Part shown: positions 28,538-38,584 of the stretch, piece by piece
Position numbering within the stretch: the stretch's first letter is position 1
How the letters are laid out: every line of letters starts with the position of its first letter
Source of the DNA: an uncultured virus (IMG/VR IMGVR_UViG_3300021185_004515)
Lineage: Duplodnaviria > Heunggongvirae > Uroviricota > Caudoviricetes
IMG/VR virus record: IMGVR_UViG_3300021185_004515
Strand: one strand, 5' to 3'
Length of the DNA: 64,000 nt
Notes under the pieces: model-generated
What the model was told of the DNA's origin: nothing
The model's input: the letters and a program-made list of their open reading frames with translations, nothing else
The model's database searches: none
Made by a program: the position numbers and the translations under genes

Positions 28538-28900
28538 TCACTCAGCATCTTCACTATCGCCATCTGATTCATCTTCAGCCTCTTCCTCTTGTTCTGCCTC
28601 TAAAGCATCGCAGACTACATCATAATCTGCGGTGTGCAAGGCATCATCCATGTCAGAAGTGACTAAACCGTATCCTGTTCCTGTAATACTCCCAATAAAT
28701 AGGGGTAAAAGGCGGTAAAAATGTGAAATCTTCTCGCCTGTGTAGTGAGAATAACCAAAAAATAAGAGTGAAACAATAGTTCCTGTTCCTAATCCTGCAA
28801 TAACACCTTTGCTAACACGGGATTGATGTTTATCACGAAGATAACTCGCTAATCCTGCGTCACACATGGTTTGCGCTTCGGCCTTGTAGCGGGATTTCAT
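28538..28900 (-). CDS. Two-TM protein with acidic tail
   Basis: GGAGG SD; two hydrophobic segments. Confidence 0.7.
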   Translation of the reverse strand: MKSRYKAEAQTMCDAGLASYLRDKHQSRVSKGVIAGLGTGTIVSLLFFGYSHYTGEKISHFYRLLPLFIGSITGTGYGLVTSDMDDALHTADYDVVCDALEAEQEEEAEDESDGDSEDAE

Positions 28901-28914
28901 GGAAAAGCCTCCGA

Positions 28915-29127
28915 TTAAACTACGGAAGCACCAGAAACATCTTTCTTGAGTCCGAGTGGGTCAAAACCAACCAGAACTGCGACACCCAAAAGTGTCACTA
29001 ACGCACCACCGACTTGAAGCAACGAAATGTTAGCAACAAGAGGCGTGGTAAAGAGAGAAGCCGTGCCGCCAACAGCAGCAAGTAGACCAACAAGAACAAG
29101 GGAGCCGCCAACAATCATCTTCATCAT
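28915..29127 (-). CDS. Small two-TM protein
   Basis: Hydrophobic hairpin; GGTGA SD. Confidence 0.7.
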   Translation of the reverse strand: MMKMIVGGSLVLVGLLAAVGGTASLFTTPLVANISLLQVGGALVTLLGVAVLVGFDPLGLKKDVSGASVV

Positions 29128-29129
29128 GT

Positions 29130-29384
29130 TCACTCACCACCCATCATTCCAGAGTCGCCCATAGGAAGGCAGCAAGCACCAAGAAGGCACAGTCCACCAG
29201 CAGTAGCGACAACACCAAGAGCCTTTAGAGGAGTAACTCCCATAAAGAGATTCATGCTGCCAAATTCATCACGGCTAAAGAAGGGCAACAGATTAAACTG
29301 ATGCACACCAATCAATACCATAGTCGTTCCCAGGATAATTTGTCCTGTTTTTCCAGTTGTCCAATTACAGAGTTTGTTAATCAT
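29130..29384 (-). CDS. Small two-TM protein
   Basis: Hydrophobic hairpin; GGTGA SD. Confidence 0.7.
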   Translation of the reverse strand: MINKLCNWTTGKTGQIILGTTMVLIGVHQFNLLPFFSRDEFGSMNLFMGVTPLKALGVVATAGGLCLLGACCLPMGDSGMMGGE

Positions 29385-29394
29385 ATTTTTCACC

Positions 29395-30240
29395 TTACTT
29401 TGTCATACCAACCGTGCGTCCATTAAAGTTTGCAACTCCGCCGACTTTACTGGTGCTGTTTAGGCTACCACCAAGGTCTGCGCCACGGATTGGAGGGGCT
29501 ACATACTGCATTTCCATCTTGATAGGCTTTACTGGGCCGACAAGTTTGCCAATATTTGGAATATTTGGCGTAGTTGGAGCGGGCATAACAGGCAAATCAC
29601 GAACTGCAATTTGCTGTGGGGTCGCAGGAATGTTATATTCAGGTCCTGCCTTGAAGAATTGTCGTGGGTTAGTTGGACGGATTGTAGCCATTTCTGCTTC
29701 AAATACTGGGTCGCCACCTGTGTTAGCCTGTGGTTGGTGAGCGTTAATCTTGCCCATCAATTCTTCTGGCTTTATTCGGTTAAGACCTGAAACATCTGGG
29801 CCTGAATCAAAGTTGTATAGTTCCAATGGAGAAGTGGGTCGCAAGTATTGACCTTCAGGAGACAATCCATCCCAAGTCAAATCATAATCTTTAAGATTGT
29901 AATCTTGCGACAAGTAACTTTGGTCCAGAGAAATGGCTGGTGCCGTAACTGATGATGGAGCAGGACGAGGACCGTTTGGAACAATACCTTGTCCAAATCC
30001 GCCACCCATAATTTGCTCTAACTCTGACATAGCCTGTGACTGAGGAACATTTATCTGAGGCATATTGATAATAGGTGCAGCAGGTCGTGGACCTGTCTGA
30101 GTCAAACCTTGTGAAATCATTTCACGAGCATTGTGGGCAGGGAGTGTGTCCCTAACCAAAGATACCTCATCAAAGGTGGGCATATTGGGTGAGTGTGGTA
30201 GGTCTGGTAAGACGGTTCCTTTTCCGAGCATTCGTGCCAT
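29395..30240 (-). CDS. Proline-rich, probably disordered protein
   Basis: Pro-rich; FEAE; TATA at 30263. Confidence 0.72.
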   Translation of the reverse strand: MARMLGKGTVLPDLPHSPNMPTFDEVSLVRDTLPAHNAREMISQGLTQTGPRPAAPIINMPQINVPQSQAMSELEQIMGGGFGQGIVPNGPRPAPSSVTAPAISLDQSYLSQDYNLKDYDLTWDGLSPEGQYLRPTSPLELYNFDSGPDVSGLNRIKPEELMGKINAHQPQANTGGDPVFEAEMATIRPTNPRQFFKAGPEYNIPATPQQIAVRDLPVMPAPTTPNIPNIGKLVGPVKPIKMEMQYVAPPIRGADLGGSLNSTSKVGGVANFNGRTVGMTK

Positions 30241-30254
30241 GATAATCATTCCGT

Positions 30255-30273
30255 GTTTTTGCTATTTAAGTTT
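30255..30273 (-). promoter_or_regulatory. Archaeal promoter (AAACTTAAATAGCAAAAAC), leaderless
   Basis: Consensus motif 22 nt upstream of ATG 30240. Confidence 0.85.
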
Positions 30274-30283
30274 ATACTATTAT

Positions 30284-30709
30284 TTATGCTGTGCTTATTG
30301 CCCAGTATGCTGCGGCAACTACGGCAAATCCACCAACAATTGTGATAGCGATTTTTCCAGCACCGTTGCCCAAATCATTTTTGATTTCAGATTCTTCATC
30401 TTCGCCTTCGGCTCGCTTGGTGTGACTTCCGACTGAAGCAGTGGCTTCTTTTTCTTCATCAGTCATACGAGAGCGTTGTTCAGTGTTATCATCTTTGTCT
30501 ACTTTTGCTTCCACAGACATTTCTGAACGAGCGTCCATAGCAGGAGCCATCATTTGAGTAAATGGATTGCTGGAGGCAACTGAAGCGGAATTAAGATGGT
30601 AAGAGCGTGTAGCACCAAATGTGGAATCTTCCCAAGGAAACAATCCGACGGTGGTGTTTGGGTCAAAGGTCACAGGTTGGCTCATTGAACTATCTTCAGC
30701 AAGAGTCAT
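30284..30709 (-). CDS. Tail-anchored protein
   Basis: C-terminal TM; ARSE/KRAE; TATA at 30732. Confidence 0.72.
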   Translation of the reverse strand: MTLAEDSSMSQPVTFDPNTTVGLFPWEDSTFGATRSYHLNSASVASSNPFTQMMAPAMDARSEMSVEAKVDKDDNTEQRSRMTDEEKEATASVGSHTKRAEGEDEESEIKNDLGNGAGKIAITIVGGFAVVAAAYWAISTA

Positions 30710-31533
30710 ACAACTAATATATTGCTTCCGTTATTTAAGGTTTGTGTTGAGGCAAGACTAAATAAGTGTTGAAATCCTGAGAAACACCAGTTAATGGAAA
30801 ACCAAGACTTAGAAGCGACAGGACTACTAAATTGAAAAGCCCAATCCATGCGATTGATAGGTATGTAATAATAATCATGTCCTGAATCGGTGTGCGTGAT
30901 ATAATCTGTGGCGGAATCATTTTTCCAACCTTTGTAGTATCGGACCGTATTTTCAGGAACTTTAACTATGTATCCTGCACCTGTTTTACTATGAGATACA
31001 CGAGAACGATTGGGATGAATCCAAGGAAGACCTGTGACAAAATCTACTACTTCTATGGCTTCCCATTTTTTACGGGGTGAGAAACAAGCCACATTATCAC
31101 TATCTATGTGGTGCAAACCCATCCATTTATTATTTTGCAATAATACTGAGGGGCGGCCTGACTCTAATGGTGGTAGTGGGATGGAAGTGGAATTTCCTGA
31201 TTGATAGCAAGACAATGGAGCCCAAGAAAATTTTGTTTTAGGGGTGTGAGGTTCAGCACAGCCTGATAATATTTCTGAGCGTATCACAGTTTTTAATTTA
31301 CCTGTTTGGGAATTGATAAGTTTGATACGATTACGAGGTGTGTCTATCACAAACCAAGGAATAAAACGAAATGACTGATTGCTGGCTTCGCCATTCAACC
31401 ATTGATTTTGAGTATAGCCATACTTGCTTTGAAATTCTGGTTGATGCAACAGCAAGTCATCCCACTCAATTCCGTTGGTGACTAAATGCGGTTCTAACTC
31501 TGAACGAAGCACTACTGCCGTTCCGATTCGCAT
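30706..31533 (-). CDS. Hypothetical protein
   Basis: Own TATA at 31556. Confidence 0.65.
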   Translation of the reverse strand: MRIGTAVVLRSELEPHLVTNGIEWDDLLLHQPEFQSKYGYTQNQWLNGEASNQSFRFIPWFVIDTPRNRIKLINSQTGKLKTVIRSEILSGCAEPHTPKTKFSWAPLSCYQSGNSTSIPLPPLESGRPSVLLQNNKWMGLHHIDSDNVACFSPRKKWEAIEVVDFVTGLPWIHPNRSRVSHSKTGAGYIVKVPENTVRYYKGWKNDSATDYITHTDSGHDYYYIPINRMDWAFQFSSPVASKSWFSINWCFSGFQHLFSLASTQTLNNGSNILVV

Positions 31534-31554
31534 GATGTAAAATCATGTTGTGTC

Positions 31555-32793
31555 CTATTTAAGATTACGAATTAAAGTCCATGCACCAGCCGAGGCCATC
31601 ACGGTTCCGACGATGGCTAACAAAGGTGTGCGTCGGGTGTTGCGATTAGACAAATCTGTGTCAGGGTCGTATTCTACTCGTGGACGAGAATCTACGGTTT
31701 CTGCCGTCCAAGAATTGGCGGCGGATGATTTCAACAATTCATCTTCAGGAGCCACATCTAAATTAGGATAAAAACTGGCTGCTTCTCGGAGGCGGTCGCG
31801 GGGTGATGGGCTCTGAGTGGGAACTGATGAAACGGTGTGTTCAGGAATCGCAGCCATATTTTCTGGGGCTGACATAGACTCTAATTGAGATAAATCAGAA
31901 ATTTCAGAGATGGACGAGGGAATTGGGTTGGCGGTTCCAGAGTGTTCACCATAATTGGCTTGAACATCAATGTTGTTTCCTTTGTGTTCTACTCGTCGGT
32001 CACCACGAATCTTATCTACCACAATATATCCTCGGTCTCGGAAAAATTCTGGGGCATAAGCCACACACTCTCCTTTGCGAGCCGCTGCAATACCATTAAG
32101 AAGTCTTTTGACTACTTTCTTATCAGTTCCGAAACTCAATTGTTCGTCCAGAGCCTTGAGGTCACGATTGTTGATAACATTGTGAACCAGATAAATTGAG
32201 GCTTGAGATAGTGCTTCCTTGTTCACACCAGCAGGTCGCTGGCTCACCAGAGTAGCACCATAACCCAAAGCACGGCCTAATTTGCATAAGCGCACGATAG
32301 GGTCAAAAGAAATTGGTCTACCCATTTGTGGAATAAAGTCTTGACACTCTTCAATTACGGTGTGAATACCTTTGCCAAGATGTGCCTCTAATAATGCTTC
32401 ACAGTAATCTGCAACTAATTCTTGTTGAGTCAATAGTGGTAATCCTGCGAGTTTGATAACCAATGATTTACTGGTTTCTCCTAATCTTTTTACCAAGGCT
32501 TTCATATCTACGGATTGTCCAATCGCAGGGGTTAAACCCTCCACTCCTTCTAAGTCAGGGAGGTTTCCGTGAGCATCCAGAGCATCAAAACAAACAAATT
32601 GTAGTCCTAAACGGTTAAACTCTTCCATCATTACCGCAGTAGTCCATGATTTACCAGACCCACGCTTTCCTGTGACAAAAAATACGGACGAGATGACGGA
32701 ATCCTCACCATATGCTGGAAGGTGTAGATGTTTTCCCAAAACAACTTGCTTCGGGTCTATGCCATTATCTTGTATAAAATTCATAACGCCCAT
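31555..32793 (-). CDS. HerA/FtsK-superfamily ATPase with C-terminal TM; candidate genome-packaging ATPase
   Basis: Walker A GKRGSGKS, Walker B VIEECQ, arginine finger KLGRALG, LVSQRP; hydrophobic C-terminus. Confidence 0.85.
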   Translation of the reverse strand: MGVMNFIQDNGIDPKQVVLGKHLHLPAYGEDSVISSVFFVTGKRGSGKSWTTAVMMEEFNRLGLQFVCFDALDAHGNLPDLEGVEGLTPAIGQSVDMKALVKRLGETSKSLVIKLAGLPLLTQQELVADYCEALLEAHLGKGIHTVIEECQDFIPQMGRPISFDPIVRLCKLGRALGYGATLVSQRPAGVNKEALSQASIYLVHNVINNRDLKALDEQLSFGTDKKVVKRLLNGIAAARKGECVAYAPEFFRDRGYIVVDKIRGDRRVEHKGNNIDVQANYGEHSGTANPIPSSISEISDLSQLESMSAPENMAAIPEHTVSSVPTQSPSPRDRLREAASFYPNLDVAPEDELLKSSAANSWTAETVDSRPRVEYDPDTDLSNRNTRRTPLLAIVGTVMASAGAWTLIRNLK

Positions 32794-32841
32794 TATGTTT
32801 TTGTGCTTCTTGTTATTTGAACCTATCGGTCTGCGAGAACT

Positions 32842-34026
32842 TCAGTTATAATCTCCATCTGGGTGGGTTAATCGCACTAATGCGGCAAATGTCCCTGCTA
32901 ATGAAATCATTCCGTCTCCTCGGTCTGGAGCCAACATAACTGCTTTGAAGAATTGTCCCATATCGGGACCCGTATGAGGCCACACAGGTAATCCTGAAAT
33001 AACAACACTGCTGGGTCTTACGGCCATCGGGAGGTCTATTCCAGCGGCTTTTGAATAACCTACTTCGGCTTGCAACCTCATGGTTCCTGGGAAATAAGTC
33101 CATTCTCCTTTGGCAAGAGTTCCTCGGTAACTACCTGAATCGTAATCTTCTCCTCCGCCTGTGTTTCGCATGACTCCACCAAAATAAGGGATAATCTGGT
33201 CTTCTCTATTTTGTGAACCGACTCCCACATAAAAAACTGGGCCATAAGAACGCATATATTGGTCTAAGGGAACATTGTTTTCAAATTCTAAGGTTGCCCA
33301 ATGCTGACGATACCAATCGTAACAAGTATCACTAAAACAAATTGACACCGCCCTGTCTATCTTTACTCTATCTCCATCTTCAGTGGGAATTCCTCCTTTC
33401 ATACCATCACAAGCAATTTGACATCCTGATGAATGCAGGGCTTGTCCTGAAGGAACAAACGCTTGAGAATTACTTCCTAACAAAAATTCTAATGCGCCAT
33501 CATAGTCATTAGATGGTCCAGGCCAATCCACATGACCTACTTCATTAAAGGAGTAGAGGGCGAAATGAGATTTAGATGATTTACATTGAGCCACCACAAT
33601 TGCTGCTAAGGCACGAGCCAAATCACATTTCAAAAGTGTAGTTCCATTGTAAGTTCCTGCCACTTGATTCATTCCTTCGCTGCGGTCCATAATCAATTGC
33701 ACGAAAGTATTATAACTGGTATCTCCTGTGACGGCAGGAGACATAGCCGTAGCCTGTGCTTCTCCTGAGCCAATCGCAATAGCGGGATTTGGGCCTGTGG
33801 TAGATTCAATTAACTCTCCTTGAGATTGACCCATAACATAAACATTTTGTCCCTCTGGTGCTTCTGAACCCTTGAATGTCAAAACCTTGACGAAATCGGC
33901 CATACCTGCAAAAAAGGCAGCCGCAGGATTTTGGAATTCTACCATTTGAGGGTCATTGGTAGGAATCTGCGACTGTCTGGTAAATACATAGGGGTTATCG
34001 TCTGCTCCGCCTGTTTGTCCACTCAT
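32842..34026 (-). CDS. vWA-domain-like protein
   Basis: LIMDRSEGM degenerate MIDAS, ICFSD strand; paralogue of next gene. Confidence 0.7.
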   Translation of the reverse strand: MSGQTGGADDNPYVFTRQSQIPTNDPQMVEFQNPAAAFFAGMADFVKVLTFKGSEAPEGQNVYVMGQSQGELIESTTGPNPAIAIGSGEAQATAMSPAVTGDTSYNTFVQLIMDRSEGMNQVAGTYNGTTLLKCDLARALAAIVVAQCKSSKSHFALYSFNEVGHVDWPGPSNDYDGALEFLLGSNSQAFVPSGQALHSSGCQIACDGMKGGIPTEDGDRVKIDRAVSICFSDTCYDWYRQHWATLEFENNVPLDQYMRSYGPVFYVGVGSQNREDQIIPYFGGVMRNTGGGEDYDSGSYRGTLAKGEWTYFPGTMRLQAEVGYSKAAGIDLPMAVRPSSVVISGLPVWPHTGPDMGQFFKAVMLAPDRGDGMISLAGTFAALVRLTHPDGDYN

Positions 34027-34035
34027 AATATCACC

Positions 34036-35304
34036 TTACTCATAATCTCCGTCAGGATGAGTCATGCAAACTAAATCTGCAAATGTTCCTGCTAATGTTA
34101 TCATCCCGTCTGCTCGGTCAGGAGCCAACATAACACATTTGAAAAATGATTCCATATCTACTCCTTCGTGCGGCCAAGTTGCTGGCAGTTCATTACCATC
34201 GTCGTGGCTTCTCTCCGTGGTAATGTTAATTCCATTAGCCCGACTCCAACAAACTTCGGCAGCCAATCGCATAGTTCCTGGGAAATAAACCCACTCTCCT
34301 GCTCTTCCCATAGGGTCATAGGGCAAACGGTGTGCCTCTTGCTCATAGGCGTGGGGGCGATAATCATTATACAATGAGTCTTGTTCCTGAGTCCGACCTC
34401 CACCTGTGTTTCGCATGACCCCTCCAAAATAAGGAATAATCTGGTCTTCACGACCTCCGCCCGAAGGAGATACTCCGACATAATAAACAGGACCTTTAGT
34501 TCGCATATACTGGTCTAATGGAACATTGTTGTTAAATTCTAACGAATCCCAATGTTGCATCGGCCAGTTATAACATTGATTAGAAAATACAATTGAAACG
34601 GCACGGTCTATATTCAAACTATTGCCTTCTAAATCAAATCCTGAGAACATATAATCGCAAGCAGTTTGACAACCAGAACCTGGTTCGTGTCCTGCTGCCA
34701 CCTCACCGTTCAGGCTTCGGACCTCGGGAACAAACGCTTGAGAATTACTTCCTAACAAAAATTCTATGGCTCCGTCGTAATCTTGAGAAGGACCAGGCCA
34801 ATCCACATATCCTGTCCAACTATATGAGAACAGACAAAAATGTGATTTAGTAGCACGGCACTGTTCTACGGCAATAGCGGCTAATGCTCTTCCTAAATCC
34901 CAGAGAAGTAGGGTTTGTCCGTTGAAAGTTCCTGCCACATTGTCCATTCCTACGCTTCGGTCCATGATAATTGATACCAAAGTATTGTATTCTTCAGTTT
35001 GAGTCGGTATAATCATAGACGAACGAGCCTGTGCTTCACGAGCCGCAATAGCCAAACCTGGATTCGGTCCCGCAGTATCTTCTTTGAACTCTCCTTGTGA
35101 TTGACCCATAATATATGTGGAGGTGCCTGTTTGTGTCATCGCAGGTCGGGTTTTCATAACTCGCACAAAATCTGCCATTCCGTCAAAGAATGCAGCCGCA
35201 GGATTTTTAAAGTTTATCATTTCTGGGTCGCCCATATTCCGACGGCCAATCTGTTCGGTAAAAACATATGGGTTATCGTCTGTGCCGCCTGTTTGTCCAC
35301 TCAT
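34036..35304 (-). CDS. vWA-domain-like protein
   Basis: IIMDRSVGM degenerate MIDAS; long identical blocks with the 32842 gene. Confidence 0.7.
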   Translation of the reverse strand: MSGQTGGTDDNPYVFTEQIGRRNMGDPEMINFKNPAAAFFDGMADFVRVMKTRPAMTQTGTSTYIMGQSQGEFKEDTAGPNPGLAIAAREAQARSSMIIPTQTEEYNTLVSIIMDRSVGMDNVAGTFNGQTLLLWDLGRALAAIAVEQCRATKSHFCLFSYSWTGYVDWPGPSQDYDGAIEFLLGSNSQAFVPEVRSLNGEVAAGHEPGSGCQTACDYMFSGFDLEGNSLNIDRAVSIVFSNQCYNWPMQHWDSLEFNNNVPLDQYMRTKGPVYYVGVSPSGGGREDQIIPYFGGVMRNTGGGRTQEQDSLYNDYRPHAYEQEAHRLPYDPMGRAGEWVYFPGTMRLAAEVCWSRANGINITTERSHDDGNELPATWPHEGVDMESFFKCVMLAPDRADGMITLAGTFADLVCMTHPDGDYE

Positions 35305-35313
35305 CTTATCGCC

Positions 35314-38300
35314 TCAGTATCGGTAATCTCCACCTTCAACAAGTTCGGCTCTGAATCTTAATGCCCACTTCCACCATCCCGCAGGAATGGTAACTTCTCT
35401 GGTTCGGCCACCTTCTTCGGCAACTGAATCAGTTCCTGGTTCGGTTTCCCATGCCACAGCACCCTCAAAATATCCTTGTGATAATCCACTGGTTCGGGAA
35501 GGCAACAGTTGTAAATCTCCAGCAGGTGATATTAGATTGTCAAGAGATTGTAATTGACCTGTGTTGATATAGTGCTGAATAGCAGCATATCCTGGATAAT
35601 ATCTTCCTGTTTGCAGGGCTTCTAACAGTGTGCTTGCTTCTCCCCGAGCAGCAGCGGCCTGTCCTACTTGAGAAATGGCTTCACATTCTCGGCAAAGATA
35701 ATAGCGAACTGCGATTCCTTGTTGTGGGACTTCTGATGTTTCCATCAATTGAATACGGTGCGAACCCTGAATAATAGCACTGTTGCCTCCAGGCGCACGA
35801 GCAGACAAGATAGCCGCTAAACCACCATTGGCTCTTCCTGTCCAATCTTGAACTAATTGATTGGCAGGGATTTCTCTATCATTGATGTGACAGTAATCAT
35901 ATCCTGTTTCACTTTGAATCGCATAATTAGAAGGAATATTGTTGTCCATCATGTATTGCAACGAATCATTCATTGGAACTCCTGTTAATCCAGGTCCAGA
36001 CCAATTTACGCTTCCTGATTCCAGAACTCCTGTGACATCGGGGAATTGGGTCCATCGTGGAGTTTTATTGCCTCGTTGGTCGGTGACCATAGGAGAAATA
36101 TCAATCCATCGGCCCTGAATGAGAGAGAAGTATGCTTCCGCAGACTTGCCTTCAGTAACGGCAAAGGTATAATTGTTAGGGGCTCCTGCACAACAACTCA
36201 TAGACCCTTCTGCTCCCACAGCGGTCAGAGGATTTTTAACTATTTCGGCTACTCTTGGTGCGGTAAAAATGGTAATTTGTGTGGGTCTGCCTGTGGCTGC
36301 ATCTAAATTTCCTGCGGCTCGGACAATGGGATTAGAAATAGTAATGGCTCCTCCCGTAATTGCTACGGCTTGAGTTCCCACAGGTATTCCATCTGCATTA
36401 AGGTAATCTCCAACAGCAATTTTTTCGGGATTGCTAACTACCAGTGTGGTATCTCCTTCATTGTATTCGGCTGTGATTAGAGTTTGATTTTCGTTGAGGG
36501 ATGCGGCAGAAGGAACAGGTGCAGCGGTGGTGCTGTTGTTAATAATCCATTCTGCTTCGTATGTTAGTGGGCCTTGTCTTTCGTTAGGGCAAGTAAATCC
36601 TTCAATATTCCTATCTGAAACGGGTTGTGGTGGTTGCGGTGTGAACTCAGTTGGGATGACATCGCCCATATAGACTTGCGGGAGTTCCAAACGGAGATTG
36701 TATCTTTCCTGCGAGTCTACTTGCGATTTCAACACTAAACTCCATTGAGGTCGGTCCGCAAATGCTTGTGCTATCATGGCTCCGTTAGGCAAAATACCCA
36801 CTGAATCTTCTGCGGTAAGTGGCTGCCGATTCATAATGGTGTATGGCATAGGAGGCATAATAAAATTCTGTGGGTGAGGTTCAATAAATTTAGCGTCACC
36901 ATTAACTCCACAAGTGGGGCAATAATCCATAGCCTGTCCTCGGCCATCAATCAAGGGTTGGTAATTTGTCACTTCTCGGGCATTTGAACCAGGATATTGC
37001 CATCCAACATTTTTATGGTCTGGATTTTTACAAACTGCCATTACTGACCGAACGAAAGCATACCGACACATAGAGAGTGCGAATGATGCAGGGAAGGCAT
37101 TCTTTTGACGAAGTGTTTGCAATTGCTTAATTGCCTCATGTGCTGCGGTCGCATCCCTAACAGCAACAGTGCCAAACTCTGCATAAACCGCTCGGATGGC
37201 ATCATCTTGGACAGCACCACGAGCATAAGTAGCGTAATCAGAAGACCGACCACTTCCTGATTCCATGCCTCTAAAACCGCCTGTTCTTCCTAATTGACGA
37301 GTAGTGCGAGCCATGCCCTCTTCCTGTGCCGCTTGTATTCTGTTGTAGATTGTGAGTTGTTCATCTGATAATGCTTTGATTTTGAGCATAGGTTCAAAAA
37401 CTCCTCCACAGAGACAACCAAAAGTTCCATCCAATCCTGCATAACTTCGCTGAACATCTCCTATGTTTTTACATAATCCTCCGTGTTGGTCGCCCTGATA
37501 CTGAGATTGACTAAAGTAGGTTTTACGAGGATAAATATCAAAGTTAGTTTCAAAGTTCTCATTTACGGGAGCAAACCTTTCAATTCCGCAAGAATTACAG
37601 ACATAGGCATTAGGTCGTGAGTTATTTCGGTCTTTAGTAGAGGTATATCCCAATTGAAGATAAGGAATATATTTCAAACATTCGGCTTGAGTGGTGAGGT
37701 AGGTGTTTTCAGGAGGCAAACCTTGATAATAAATACGATAAAATGCTTGGGAAGAGGCAGAATCCTCTACAAACTTGGAGTTATTGATAATACCTACCAT
37801 GTTAGGAGGCATTTCCGAATTTGCTCCTCTAATCGGTGCGCCATTGACGAACTGTGATGTTGTTTCTGTGTTGCTATCACGATGTCTCTGTCCTGTGGTC
37901 CAATAATCTCGGAGTGGGTGGTTGGTATTAACCTTGAAAATAGCATAACTTTCTGTTCCACAACCTCCGACACTTTTAGGTGTGCTGGAATTACAATAGG
38001 GGCTGGGACATCTGCCCGAGCCTCTCCAAGTGGTTCCACATCCTCCATTTTCTGGGTCGCAAGTTTTAACTTGATTGCATTTAACTCGTCCCACAACTAC
38101 TTGAAATCTTTTTCCACGGTATGTTGGGTCGTGTAGATTTCGTTGCCATCGCTCTAATCCGACTGACGAGCCCCAATTAGCAGGGTTGTTGTAAAGTCCA
38201 AAATCTGTGAACTCCCACCACCACAAGAAATCTCTTCGGCCACAACCTCGTGTTTTAGAAGCATCAGGTCCGCTGGCACCACCACCAGTTCTTCCTGCCT

Positions 38301-38580
38301 CTCCAAATGCTACGGGATTACAAACAAAAATACCTGAATCTCCTGCATTACTGGTCTGAACATGGGTATTTCCTGTGAGGAATCGTCGCATCATCATTAC
38401 AATTCGGGGTGCATTAGACTTGAAATTGCTAACTATTTCCGACATCTGTGTATTTTCGGTTGCCAAACGATTAGAAGAGTTCCTTCGGGAACCAGGATTT
38501 TTAAGATAAATTAAATCATAAATATCTCGTAAAATTCGGACACCGACTGGTCTGTTAATTGGATTATCTCTGTATCCCAT
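35314..38580 (-). CDS. Large multi-CxxC hypothetical protein
   Basis: 1088-aa ORF with several zinc-ribbon-like Cys pairs. Confidence 0.8.
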   Translation of the reverse strand: MGYRDNPINRPVGVRILRDIYDLIYLKNPGSRRNSSNRLATENTQMSEIVSNFKSNAPRIVMMMRRFLTGNTHVQTSNAGDSGIFVCNPVAFGEAGRTGGGASGPDASKTRGCGRRDFLWWWEFTDFGLYNNPANWGSSVGLERWQRNLHDPTYRGKRFQVVVGRVKCNQVKTCDPENGGCGTTWRGSGRCPSPYCNSSTPKSVGGCGTESYAIFKVNTNHPLRDYWTTGQRHRDSNTETTSQFVNGAPIRGANSEMPPNMVGIINNSKFVEDSASSQAFYRIYYQGLPPENTYLTTQAECLKYIPYLQLGYTSTKDRNNSRPNAYVCNSCGIERFAPVNENFETNFDIYPRKTYFSQSQYQGDQHGGLCKNIGDVQRSYAGLDGTFGCLCGGVFEPMLKIKALSDEQLTIYNRIQAAQEEGMARTTRQLGRTGGFRGMESGSGRSSDYATYARGAVQDDAIRAVYAEFGTVAVRDATAAHEAIKQLQTLRQKNAFPASFALSMCRYAFVRSVMAVCKNPDHKNVGWQYPGSNAREVTNYQPLIDGRGQAMDYCPTCGVNGDAKFIEPHPQNFIMPPMPYTIMNRQPLTAEDSVGILPNGAMIAQAFADRPQWSLVLKSQVDSQERYNLRLELPQVYMGDVIPTEFTPQPPQPVSDRNIEGFTCPNERQGPLTYEAEWIINNSTTAAPVPSAASLNENQTLITAEYNEGDTTLVVSNPEKIAVGDYLNADGIPVGTQAVAITGGAITISNPIVRAAGNLDAATGRPTQITIFTAPRVAEIVKNPLTAVGAEGSMSCCAGAPNNYTFAVTEGKSAEAYFSLIQGRWIDISPMVTDQRGNKTPRWTQFPDVTGVLESGSVNWSGPGLTGVPMNDSLQYMMDNNIPSNYAIQSETGYDYCHINDREIPANQLVQDWTGRANGGLAAILSARAPGGNSAIIQGSHRIQLMETSEVPQQGIAVRYYLCRECEAISQVGQAAAARGEASTLLEALQTGRYYPGYAAIQHYINTGQLQSLDNLISPAGDLQLLPSRTSGLSQGYFEGAVAWETEPGTDSVAEEGGRTREVTIPAGWWKWALRFRAELVEGGDYRY

Positions 38581-38584
38581 AATA

